Source: Brevundimonas sp.
Lineage (GTDB): Bacteria > Pseudomonadota > Alphaproteobacteria > Caulobacterales > Caulobacteraceae
DNA length: 64,000 bases
Assembly (NCBI RefSeq): GCF_013912005.1
Contig: NZ_JACESB010000006.1
Location: 35,784 to 99,783 of the forward strand
Direction of reading: 5' to 3'
Part shown: positions 21,104 through 28,768 of the stretch, piece by piece
Position numbering within the stretch: the stretch's first letter is position 1
Layout: every line of letters begins with the position of its first letter
Position numbers and translations under genes: made by a program
The notes under the pieces: generated by a model
Database searches by the model: none
What the model was told of the DNA's origin: nothing
The model's input: the letters and a program-made list of their open reading frames with translations, nothing else

Positions 21104-21610
21104 TCAGCCCTCCCGGGATTTTTTCAGTTGGCGGAGCGCTTCCGCGACGTACTTCTCGACCATGCTGACCGAGACCCCCAGCCGCGCCGCGATCTGGCGA
21201 TAGGTCAGGGCCTCGAACCGGTGCAGCAGGAAGGCGTCGCGGCAGCGCGGGGGCAGGGCGCGGATCACCGCCGCCGCGGCGGCGAGGTTCTGGCGCTGGA
21301 TGAGGCGATCATCGGCGGGACTGGCCTCGCTGGCGATGGCGCGGGGCCCGGCGTCGAGCGCATGCACGTCGTCGTCCGACCGCCGCCGGGTTTCGCGGGT
21401 TTCGGCCTTCCAGCGGTCGTGCTGCAGGTTGCGGGCGATGACGAACAGCAGCGGCCGGGCGTCGGGCGACTCCAGCCGGTGGCCGGCGCGGTGAAACCTC
21501 AGGAAGGCGTCCTGCACCACGTCCTCCACATCCGCGGCCGCGCCGCCCTTGCGGGTCAGCCAGACGATCAGCTCGCGGCGCAGGTCGGCGACGACGGCTT
21601 CAGGCGACAT
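21104..21610 (-). CDS. fecI: ECF sigma factor, FecI-like
   Basis: Region 2 DVEDVVQDAFLR...IARNL and region 4 LPPRCRDAFLLHRFEALTYRQIAARLGVSVSMVEKY. Confidence 0.92.
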   Translation of the reverse strand: MSPEAVVADLRRELIVWLTRKGGAAADVEDVVQDAFLRFHRAGHRLESPDARPLLFVIARNLQHDRWKAETRETRRRSDDDVHALDAGPRAIASEASPADDRLIQRQNLAAAAAVIRALPPRCRDAFLLHRFEALTYRQIAARLGVSVSMVEKYVAEALRQLKKSREG

Positions 21611-21641
21611 GAGGCCCTTTCCGGCGCGACGGGCAGGCGAA

Positions 21642-21668
21642 GACGCCCCCTCGCGAGGAGGGGGCGTC
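21642..21668 (-). terminator. GC-rich hairpin after the TonB receptor gene
   Basis: Stem GACGCCCCCT / AGGGGGCGTC with a 7-nt loop; weak U-tract. Confidence 0.5.
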
Positions 21669-21691
21669 CGGGCAGGGCGGCCGTGCGGGGA

Positions 21692-24478
21692 TCAGAAGCT
21701 CGCCCGCAGGCCGAAGGTCACGCGCCGTCCCGACAGCTCGTACATGGTCGGGAAGGAGGGATCCATCGTGTAGCCGGTGGTCGCCTCGTCGGTGACGTTG
21801 ATGCCTTCCAGGGTCAGCTGGATCGCATCGTTGACGTTGTAGCTGACCGAGACGTCGGTCTGGCCGTAGCCGTCGCGCCAGATCGGGTACATCTCGTAGC
21901 CGATGCCTTCGACGTACTTGTCCTTGAAGTTGTAGGACGCGCGCGCCTGGAAGCGGTCGTTCTCGTAGAACAGGGTGACGTTGTAGGTGGACTCGGCCAG
22001 GCCGACCGGCGGGGTCGGGACGTCGAGGTCGGACTCCCCGGTCAGCGAGCTGTCGAGGATCGTGTAGTTGGCGTTGATCCCGAAGCCCTCCAGCGGGGCG
22101 TAGATCAGGTCCAGCGGCACGATGGCCACCAGCTCGAGGCCGCTGACCTCGTACGAGCCCTCGGCGTTGACGGGCTGGTAGACGTCGAAGTCGTAGACGC
22201 CGTCGATGGTGCCGTTGGCGTTGTACTTGGTCACGTTCGGCACGGTGCCGGTGAGCTCGCTGCGGACGACGCCCTCGATCTCCTTCCAGAAGTACGAGAC
22301 CGCCAGCAGGCCGCCGCCGCCCAGGTACCGCTCCAGGCCGAGCTCCCACTGCCTGGCGTAGGTCGGCTCGAGGTTCGGATTGCCGTCCGTGAAGCGGAAG
22401 GAGTTCCAGTTGGCGGTCCGCTTGTAGGCCAGGTCCGTCAGGGCCGGCCGCATCAGGGTCTCCGAAGCCGCGCCCCGGAAGACCAGGCTGTCGGTCAGAT
22501 CGGCGGTGAAGTTCAGGCTGGGCAGGATCTTGTCGTAGCCGCCGTCGCTGGACACCGGCGCCGGCGTGTAGCCGGTGGAGCCGTTCGGGTTCTGGATCTG
22601 ATGGTAGCCCGAGGAGGTGATCGAGGTGTCGACCCAGCGGGCGCCGCCGTTGACCGCGACCGGGACGGGGCCGACGTCGAAGTTCAGATCCGCCATCGCG
22701 TAGAGGCTGAGCACCTCCTCGGAGACCTCATAGTACTGGCCGGGGTCGAAGGGGGTGAAGAAGCCGTCGTAGCGGAAGGTCCGGCGCGCGTACTCGTTGG
22801 AGACCTGGCTCCAAGTCAGGTCGCGGGCGCTGTAGGCGCCGCCGGGCACCAGATCGCCGATCGGGGTCAGTTCGCTGTCGGCCAGCGTGCGCGTGTTGAC
22901 CCAGATGGTGCTGCCGTTCGAAGGCCCCTGGATCTTCTTCTCGCCGTACTGGCGCTCCTTCGACCGGTCGGTATAGCGGGCGCCGATCTGGATGCTGGTC
23001 AGGGCCGGGAAGGCCTCCAGGTCGAAGTCGCGGGTGAAGTCGACCTGGGCCGCATACTTGTCGTCGGTGATGCTTTCGAAGGTGGTCTCGTACGCCTCGA
23101 ACAGGTAGCGCGAGGGCGCATTGTACATGTCGATCGTCGCCGGGTTGGCGCTGGGGATCGTCTCGCCGCCGGTGTCGGTCCAGCGGGTCCGCGACGGCGC
23201 ATAGGCGACGTGCTTGAGGTTGGCGTAGTCCAGCGTCTTCTCGGCGCCCGAGTAGCCGGCGAGGGCGTGCAGGGCCCAGTCGTCGCCGCGCCAGTCCATC
23301 TCGGCGCCGAACTGGGCGTACTCGGTCTCGTTGATCCGCTCCTTGCTCAGGAACTCGTGCTGGGTGGCGGTGTAGGAGACGTCGCGCAGCACGACCATGC
23401 CGTAGTCGGCCAGGGTGGTGTCGTCGTATTCGTGGATGGTCTCGAAGGTGCTGCGGCTCGAGGCGGAATAGGCCGCGGCGTCGTATTCGTCCTCGGTCGC
23501 GTCATAGCCGCCGAGCATGGCGTCGAACGCCAGGTTGAAGGTCGAGGACGGGCGGTACTGCAGCGACAGGGTGCCGCCCCACTGGTCCTGGGTGTTCAGA
23601 TAGGCGCGGTCGCCGACCTTGTCCTGGAAGATGACGCGGCTGGTCTGGTCGCGATCCATGCGGTCGGTGATGATCACGCCGGCGTCGCGCGCCAGAACGG
23701 CCTGCGCCTGGGTCCCGCGCCCGCTGCCCGCCTCGAGGAAGCGGAAGGCCGGCCGGAAGTTGATGCCCGAGTTGGAATCCGTCCGGTTGGTCCGGCGCGC
23801 GGTCGAGAACGACCCCAGCAGACCCCAGTCGCCCCAGGTGTTGCTGGCGAGGAAGGAGACCTTGGGATCGATCTCCTCGGAGATCGAATTGTAGGCGCCT
23901 TCGACCGAGGCGACCAGTTCATGGCCGCGGTAGTCGAACGGACGCGCGGTCGAGATGTTGACGGCGCCGGCGATGCCGCCTTCCTCGTCGGAAGCGCGCG
24001 GCGACTTCTGCACCGTGACCTGCTGGATGATCTCCGAGGCGAAGATGTCGAGCTCGACCTCACGCCCGCCGCTGCCCGAGGCGGTCGCCAGGTCGTTGAT
24101 GGTGACGAAGGTGAACTCGCTCGGCAGGCCGCGCACGCTGACGCGGCCGCCCAGGCCGCGGTTGCGCTCGATGGTCACGCCGGGGATGCGCTGCAGCGCC
24201 TCGGCCAGGTTCTGCTCGGGGAAGTTGGCGACGTCGGTGGCGACGATGGAGTCCGAGAAGCCGACGTTGTCGCGCTTGATGTCCACGGCGCGCTCGAGGC
24301 TGCGCTGATAGCTGCCGGTGACGATGATCTCGTCCAGCTGGTCGGTCGGCTCTTCGGCCGCGGGGGCTTCCTGGGCGGCGGCGCCGCCGGCGCCGAGGGC
24401 GGCGAGGGCGCATCCGCCCATCAGCCACGACAGGTTGGCCCGGCGGCCGGGGCCGCGTCCGTTGCTCGATCTGGTCAT
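21692..24478 (-). CDS. TonB-dependent receptor (no STN domain)
   Basis: TonB box EIIVTG, plug NLAEALQRIPGVTI..GRVSVRGL, GNPNLEP, terminal GRRVTFGLRASF. Confidence 0.94.
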   Translation of the reverse strand: MTRSSNGRGPGRRANLSWLMGGCALAALGAGGAAAQEAPAAEEPTDQLDEIIVTGSYQRSLERAVDIKRDNVGFSDSIVATDVANFPEQNLAEALQRIPGVTIERNRGLGGRVSVRGLPSEFTFVTINDLATASGSGGREVELDIFASEIIQQVTVQKSPRASDEEGGIAGAVNISTARPFDYRGHELVASVEGAYNSISEEIDPKVSFLASNTWGDWGLLGSFSTARRTNRTDSNSGINFRPAFRFLEAGSGRGTQAQAVLARDAGVIITDRMDRDQTSRVIFQDKVGDRAYLNTQDQWGGTLSLQYRPSSTFNLAFDAMLGGYDATEDEYDAAAYSASSRSTFETIHEYDDTTLADYGMVVLRDVSYTATQHEFLSKERINETEYAQFGAEMDWRGDDWALHALAGYSGAEKTLDYANLKHVAYAPSRTRWTDTGGETIPSANPATIDMYNAPSRYLFEAYETTFESITDDKYAAQVDFTRDFDLEAFPALTSIQIGARYTDRSKERQYGEKKIQGPSNGSTIWVNTRTLADSELTPIGDLVPGGAYSARDLTWSQVSNEYARRTFRYDGFFTPFDPGQYYEVSEEVLSLYAMADLNFDVGPVPVAVNGGARWVDTSITSSGYHQIQNPNGSTGYTPAPVSSDGGYDKILPSLNFTADLTDSLVFRGAASETLMRPALTDLAYKRTANWNSFRFTDGNPNLEPTYARQWELGLERYLGGGGLLAVSYFWKEIEGVVRSELTGTVPNVTKYNANGTIDGVYDFDVYQPVNAEGSYEVSGLELVAIVPLDLIYAPLEGFGINANYTILDSSLTGESDLDVPTPPVGLAESTYNVTLFYENDRFQARASYNFKDKYVEGIGYEMYPIWRDGYGQTDVSVSYNVNDAIQLTLEGINVTDEATTGYTMDPSFPTMYELSGRRVTFGLRASF

Positions 24479-24605
24479 TGGTATCCCCGCTGGGTCGATG
24501 TTGACGTCGGCGGCCGCCGGCGTGGTCGCCGGCCTTCGCCCCCGCAGGCATCAACGACGGTCATCGGCCGCCCCTCAGCGTGTGACAGCGGAATTCATCC
24601 AATCT

Positions 24606-26435
24606 TCACCGTGGCGTCGCGTTCGCCGCCGCGGCGCGCCGCGCCTGCGCCGCCCGCATCTCCGCCCGCGCCATTTCCATGTCGCGCCGGAAGGTCTCCG
24701 AGGCCTGCTCGGCCCCGTAGATCACCGCCCCGGACAGGATCCCGGCCTCGGCGGCGCTGTAGCTGTGCGAGCCGCAGATGTAGCGGCTCTCGGCGAACTC
24801 CCGCCCCCGGGCGTACAGGGCGTCGGCCCGCCAGGGCGCCAGCTCGGCCAGGATCATGGCCACGTGCATGCCGTGCGCGGCGTGGCCTGACGGATAGTCG
24901 GGATTGCCGGCCAGATGGTCCGACTTCGGCTCGCAGATCGGCAGATCGGCGCCGAGATACGGCCGCCGGGTCGCCCAGCGGGTCTTGGCCTCGCCGACCA
25001 CCGCGCGGTCGTTCCCCGCCCGGTTGAGCAGGGCCGTCAGGAGCGGGGCCTCCTCCTCGGTGAGCCGCATGCCGAGGGCCTCGGCGAAGTGATCGTACAT
25101 GTGACCCCGGACGTCGTGGGCGGCCAGGTCCCAGCGCGGCGAGCCCTCCAGCGCCCGGGTCTCGCGGAACAGGTCGGCGTTGGCGCGGTCGCGCGGCGAG
25201 CCGGGCTCGGGCGGGGGCGCCAGCACCACGGTCAGGTCCGGCCGGTCCGCCGGGGCGAGGTAGCCCCGCACCGGCGCGCCCTCGACCCCCTCGATCGCGA
25301 GGTCATCGCAGCGCGCCGCGCCGCGCACCGGATTGCACGCCGCCGCCGCCCCGCCGGTCAGCCGCGTCTGGTAGGCCGGGAAGCGCGGGTCGGCCCACAG
25401 GTAGTCGGTCGAGACGTACTGCGCCCCGCTGGCGAAGGCGGCGCTGCGCCGGGTCGTCTCGCCGCTGCGCGCCTCGCGGGTGTCCGCGTCGGCGCGGGTG
25501 CGCACCATGAAGCCGGCCGCCACCGCGGCGCGGATGCGGTCCTGCTGGGCCACGGGATCGTTGAGGGTCAGATAGGCGGCGGCGGGGGAGGCCTCGTCGG
25601 CATTGACGAACATGGCCCGCCCCTCCAGCGACGGCCGCCCGGCGGCGTAGGCCGCGACCTTGTCGGCCCCCTCGTCGAGGGCGAAGAAGACCTTGCCGCG
25701 CGCCTCGGCGAGGGTGGGCCAGCCGCCCGCCAGCACCGCCTCGCGCAGGGTCGCGCGCCCGCTCCGCACCGTGTCCGGCGTGATCAGCCGGTCCGGCCCG
25801 AACACCGAGCGGATTTCGGCGTCCAGGGCGTCCCAGGCGGCGGCGTCGAAGTCCAGCAGGGCGGTTCCGCCCGGCATCGAGGGCCGGCCGGTCTTGGCGT
25901 TGAGCATGATCAGGATCGGCGCATGGTCCGGATGCGCCGTCGACCAGTCGCGGATCTCGCCCAGGCAGGCGACGAAGGTCAGGCACGAACTGCGGAAGTC
26001 GACGTCCGGCATGTGCAGGGTCTTGAAGCCCGGCCGGGCCATGGCGGCGGCGAAGGCCGGGCTGGCCGGGGCGCCGCCGCCCAGGGCCGTCAGCGGCCGT
26101 GCGAAGCGGCCGCCCTCCGGGTCGTGCAGCACGTCCAGCTCCAGCTGGCGGGCGCCGGCGTCCAGCTGTTCGGCCAGCGGCCGGTGGGCGTAGTCGAGGC
26201 CCAGCGCCCCGTCGCCCGCCGCGGCGACCATGGCCGCCATCTCGTCCGCGGGAATGGCCAGCTTGTAGCTGTTGTGGGTGCCGACGGCCTGCAGGTCGTT
26301 GAGCCGCAGCGTCCGGTCCATCCAGGCCCGGGCGCAGGCGTCGCCGCCGGCGGCCTGCACGTCCGCGGCCGCGGGGCGGCAGCCGGGATCGTCGAACGCG
26401 GCCGCCAGCGCGAGCGAGGTCAGCAGGGCGAGCAT
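24606..26435 (-). CDS. Secreted fusion: Ca-dependent PI-PLC-like phosphodiesterase plus C-terminal PAP2 (class A) acid phosphatase
   Basis: N-terminal half has GTHNSYK, QLELDV and HMPDVD. C-terminal half has KTRWATRRP, YPSGH and SRYICGSH. Signal peptide and GGAGG RBS present. Confidence 0.85.
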   Translation of the reverse strand: MLALLTSLALAAAFDDPGCRPAAADVQAAGGDACARAWMDRTLRLNDLQAVGTHNSYKLAIPADEMAAMVAAAGDGALGLDYAHRPLAEQLDAGARQLELDVLHDPEGGRFARPLTALGGGAPASPAFAAAMARPGFKTLHMPDVDFRSSCLTFVACLGEIRDWSTAHPDHAPILIMLNAKTGRPSMPGGTALLDFDAAAWDALDAEIRSVFGPDRLITPDTVRSGRATLREAVLAGGWPTLAEARGKVFFALDEGADKVAAYAAGRPSLEGRAMFVNADEASPAAAYLTLNDPVAQQDRIRAAVAAGFMVRTRADADTREARSGETTRRSAAFASGAQYVSTDYLWADPRFPAYQTRLTGGAAAACNPVRGAARCDDLAIEGVEGAPVRGYLAPADRPDLTVVLAPPPEPGSPRDRANADLFRETRALEGSPRWDLAAHDVRGHMYDHFAEALGMRLTEEEAPLLTALLNRAGNDRAVVGEAKTRWATRRPYLGADLPICEPKSDHLAGNPDYPSGHAAHGMHVAMILAELAPWRADALYARGREFAESRYICGSHSYSAAEAGILSGAVIYGAEQASETFRRDMEMARAEMRAAQARRAAAANATPR

Positions 26436-26760
26436 GGTTCCTCCGGAGCAGCGGCGGAGGCCTAACAGCCGATCACGACAGCGGCGTTGCGCGAGCCTCG
26501 CCTCCTACAACGCCGCCCGTTCCCCCGACCTCAATCAAGTCGGGCGGCGTCCGGCGGATGGCCCGCCTCGAAGGCGTCGCAGGGCCGGGCGACGGTGGGG
26601 TTCGTCCGGGCGGCCAGGGCAGGCCGGACGGGGACAGACGCCAGCCATCGGGGCCGGGTCGGGACCACAGGTCCAGGCGGCACCGGCGGCGGGTGACGAG
26701 CGGCGGGTTTCCCGATCCTTGCGGCGATTTCACCTCGCCGCCCCAATCCCGCCTTCTTCC

Positions 26761-26788
26761 GCTACAAACGTAGCGCTACGCATGTAGC
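26761..26788. promoter_or_regulatory. Tandem BlaI/MecI/CopY-type operators
   Basis: Two adjacent 14-bp palindromes, GCTACAAACGTAGC and GCTACGCATGTAGC. Each resembles the TACAnnTGTA box; they end 16 nt before the blaI-like start. Confidence 0.75.
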
Positions 26789-26804
26789 GATCCGGAGGCG
26801 AGGG

Positions 26805-27179
26805 ATGATCGAGGGACTGCCGAGGCGGGAACGCGACGTTTTCGAAACCCTTTGCCGACTGGGCGAGGGCGGCACGGCGGCGGTGCGCGCCGGCCTGGCC
26901 GATCCCCTCAGCGACTCCGCGGTCCGCACGCTCCTCGCCCGGCTGGAGGCCAAGGGGCTGGTCGAGCGGCGCCGGCAGCCCGGCGGCATCGTCTACCGCC
27001 CGTCGCCGCAGCCGGAGGCGCTCGCGACCGGGGCGCTGCGCCGGATCGTCGACACCTTCTTCGCCGGATCCGCCGTCACCGCGGCGACAGCCCTGCTCGG
27101 TCTGACGCGGACGCTGCGTCCGGACGAGGTCGAGGCGCTGACCCGCGCCATCGATGAAGCGAGGGAGCGCGACCGGTGA
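26805..27179 (+). CDS. BlaI/MecI/CopY family transcriptional repressor
   Basis: RERDVFETL, SAVRTLLARLEAKGLV, IVDTFFAGS winged-helix pattern. Confidence 0.9.
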   Translation: MIEGLPRRERDVFETLCRLGEGGTAAVRAGLADPLSDSAVRTLLARLEAKGLVERRRQPGGIVYRPSPQPEALATGALRRIVDTFFAGSAVTAATALLGLTRTLRPDEVEALTRAIDEARERDR

Positions 27180-28762
27180 GCGGCGCCCTCGTCGCGATCG
27201 CCGATCTTCTCGTCCGCTCCGGCCTCGTCGCCGGACTCGCGCTGGTCGCGGCGGGGGCGGGACGGTGGGGCCCGCCGAGGCGCCGCGTCGCCATCCTCCG
27301 CGCCGGCGTCTGCCTGCTGCTGGCCTTGCCCGTGATGATGGCCGCAGGTCCCGGCCTGCCGCTGGAGCTTCTGCCGGCGGAGCCGCCGGCGACGAGCCCG
27401 ACGCCGGTCTGGACCGGCGAGCTCGGCCCGGTCCGGGGCGTCGCCGTCGAGGCGACGGTGTCGCCGCCGTCCCTGACGACCCTGGCCGGATGGCTCTGGG
27501 CCGCCGGAGCCCTGCTGGTGATCGGTCGCCTTGCGCTGGGCGTCTGGACGCTGCACCGCTGGACCCGCGCCGCGGACGTCGTCGTCGCCCCGGCGTGGAC
27601 GTCCGTCCTTGCCCGCCTCGGCGGCCCCCGGCCGCCCCGCCTGCTGGTTGCAGATCCGGCGTCGGCGCCGCTCAGCTGGGGCCTGCCGCCCGGCGTGGTC
27701 CTGGTCGGACCGGAGTGCCTGCGGCGGCCCGAAGCCGCCCGCGCCGTCCTGGCCCATGAACTGGCCCACATCCGCCACGGGGACTGGCTGTTCCTGCTGC
27801 TGTCGCGGCTGGCGCTGGCGCTGTTCTGGTTCAACCCGCTGGTCTGGAAGCTCCACGCCGACCTGGTCGCCCGGACCGAGGAGGCGGCGGACGCCGCCGC
27901 CCTGGTCGAGGTGCCGCCCGCCGACTACGCCCGCACCCTCGTCAGCCTGGCGGCTGGCGCGGGCCATCCCGCCGCCCTGGCCATGGCCGGGCCGGCTCCC
28001 ACCCTCGCCAGAAGGATCGCCTGCATCATGAAGACGCATCCCGCATCGCCCGCCCGGCCGCTCGCCGCGGCCCTGACCGTGGCCGGCCTCGTCGCCGTCG
28101 CGACCCCGATCGCCGCCGTGGAGCTGACGCCCCGGGCGCCCGAGCCGCCGCAGGCTCCGGCCGCGCCCCCCGCGCCGCCGGCCCTGCCGGCGTTGGCCCC
28201 GCTCGCGCCCCCGGCGCCGCCCGCTCCGCCGGTCGCCCGGGCGCCCGCGCCGCCGGCCCCGCCGCAGCCGTCGCACGGGTCGGAGGGGATCGGCGCGGCG
28301 GAGCGCGCCGAAATCCGGGCCGCCGCCGAACAGGCCCGCGCCCACGCGGCGGAAGCGCGGGCTCACGCCGCAGCGGCGCGGGAGGCGGCGCTGGCCCATG
28401 CGGCCGAAGCGCGGGCGCACGGGCAGGCGGCGGCCGCCGCCGGCGAACGGGCCCGGGCGGAGGCCGAGGTGCACGCCGCGGCGGCGCACCGGGCGGCGGC
28501 GCGGGCCATGGCCGAGGCGCGGGTCGAGATGGCCCGCGGGGCCGGGGAGATGATGGAAGGCGCCCGGACGATGCGGACCGAGGGCGAGCGGCTGCGCGAT
28601 CCGGCCTACCGGGCCGAGCAGATCGCGCGGGCGCGGGCGCGGGGCGACCGCGTTCCGACCGACGCCGAGTTGCTGGACCTGTCCCGCCGGCTGCCGCAGC
28701 AGGCCGACGAGCTGGAGGCCCAGGCCCGGCGGCTGCGCGAGCAAGCCGCCGAGATCGGCTGA
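27176..28762 (+). CDS. M56 (BlaR1/MecR1-type) membrane metallopeptidase with Pro/Ala linker and Ala/His/Arg-rich tail
   Basis: VLAHELAHIRHGD, WFNPLVW, EEAAD and Y...LV motifs. GTG start overlaps the blaI stop. No penicillin-binding sensor domain. Confidence 0.88.
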   Translation: MSGALVAIADLLVRSGLVAGLALVAAGAGRWGPPRRRVAILRAGVCLLLALPVMMAAGPGLPLELLPAEPPATSPTPVWTGELGPVRGVAVEATVSPPSLTTLAGWLWAAGALLVIGRLALGVWTLHRWTRAADVVVAPAWTSVLARLGGPRPPRLLVADPASAPLSWGLPPGVVLVGPECLRRPEAARAVLAHELAHIRHGDWLFLLLSRLALALFWFNPLVWKLHADLVARTEEAADAAALVEVPPADYARTLVSLAAGAGHPAALAMAGPAPTLARRIACIMKTHPASPARPLAAALTVAGLVAVATPIAAVELTPRAPEPPQAPAAPPAPPALPALAPLAPPAPPAPPVARAPAPPAPPQPSHGSEGIGAAERAEIRAAAEQARAHAAEARAHAAAAREAALAHAAEARAHGQAAAAAGERARAEAEVHAAAAHRAAARAMAEARVEMARGAGEMMEGARTMRTEGERLRDPAYRAEQIARARARGDRVPTDAELLDLSRRLPQQADELEAQARRLREQAAEIG

Positions 28763-28768
28763 CGACCC

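Noticed and set aside
20504-25027. 1507-aa + strand ORF, and similar long ORFs at 1458-3767, 7018-9495, 17583-20249, 28026-31544, 28892-31822, 35179-37833 and 48351-51119
   Set aside because: They are antisense or alternate-frame shadows of well-supported genes. Stop codons are scarce in high-GC DNA, and the translations are Arg/Gly/Pro-rich without motifs.
26463-26482. Possible Pho box upstream of the PLC-phosphatase gene
   Set aside because: The two CTGT half-sites are 13 nt apart rather than 11, so it is not called as a Pho box.
26805-28762. BlaI/BlaR pair as regulator of the class A beta-lactamase
   Set aside because: The genes are about 22 kb apart, no operator copy was seen near bla, and the M56 protein lacks a beta-lactam sensor domain.
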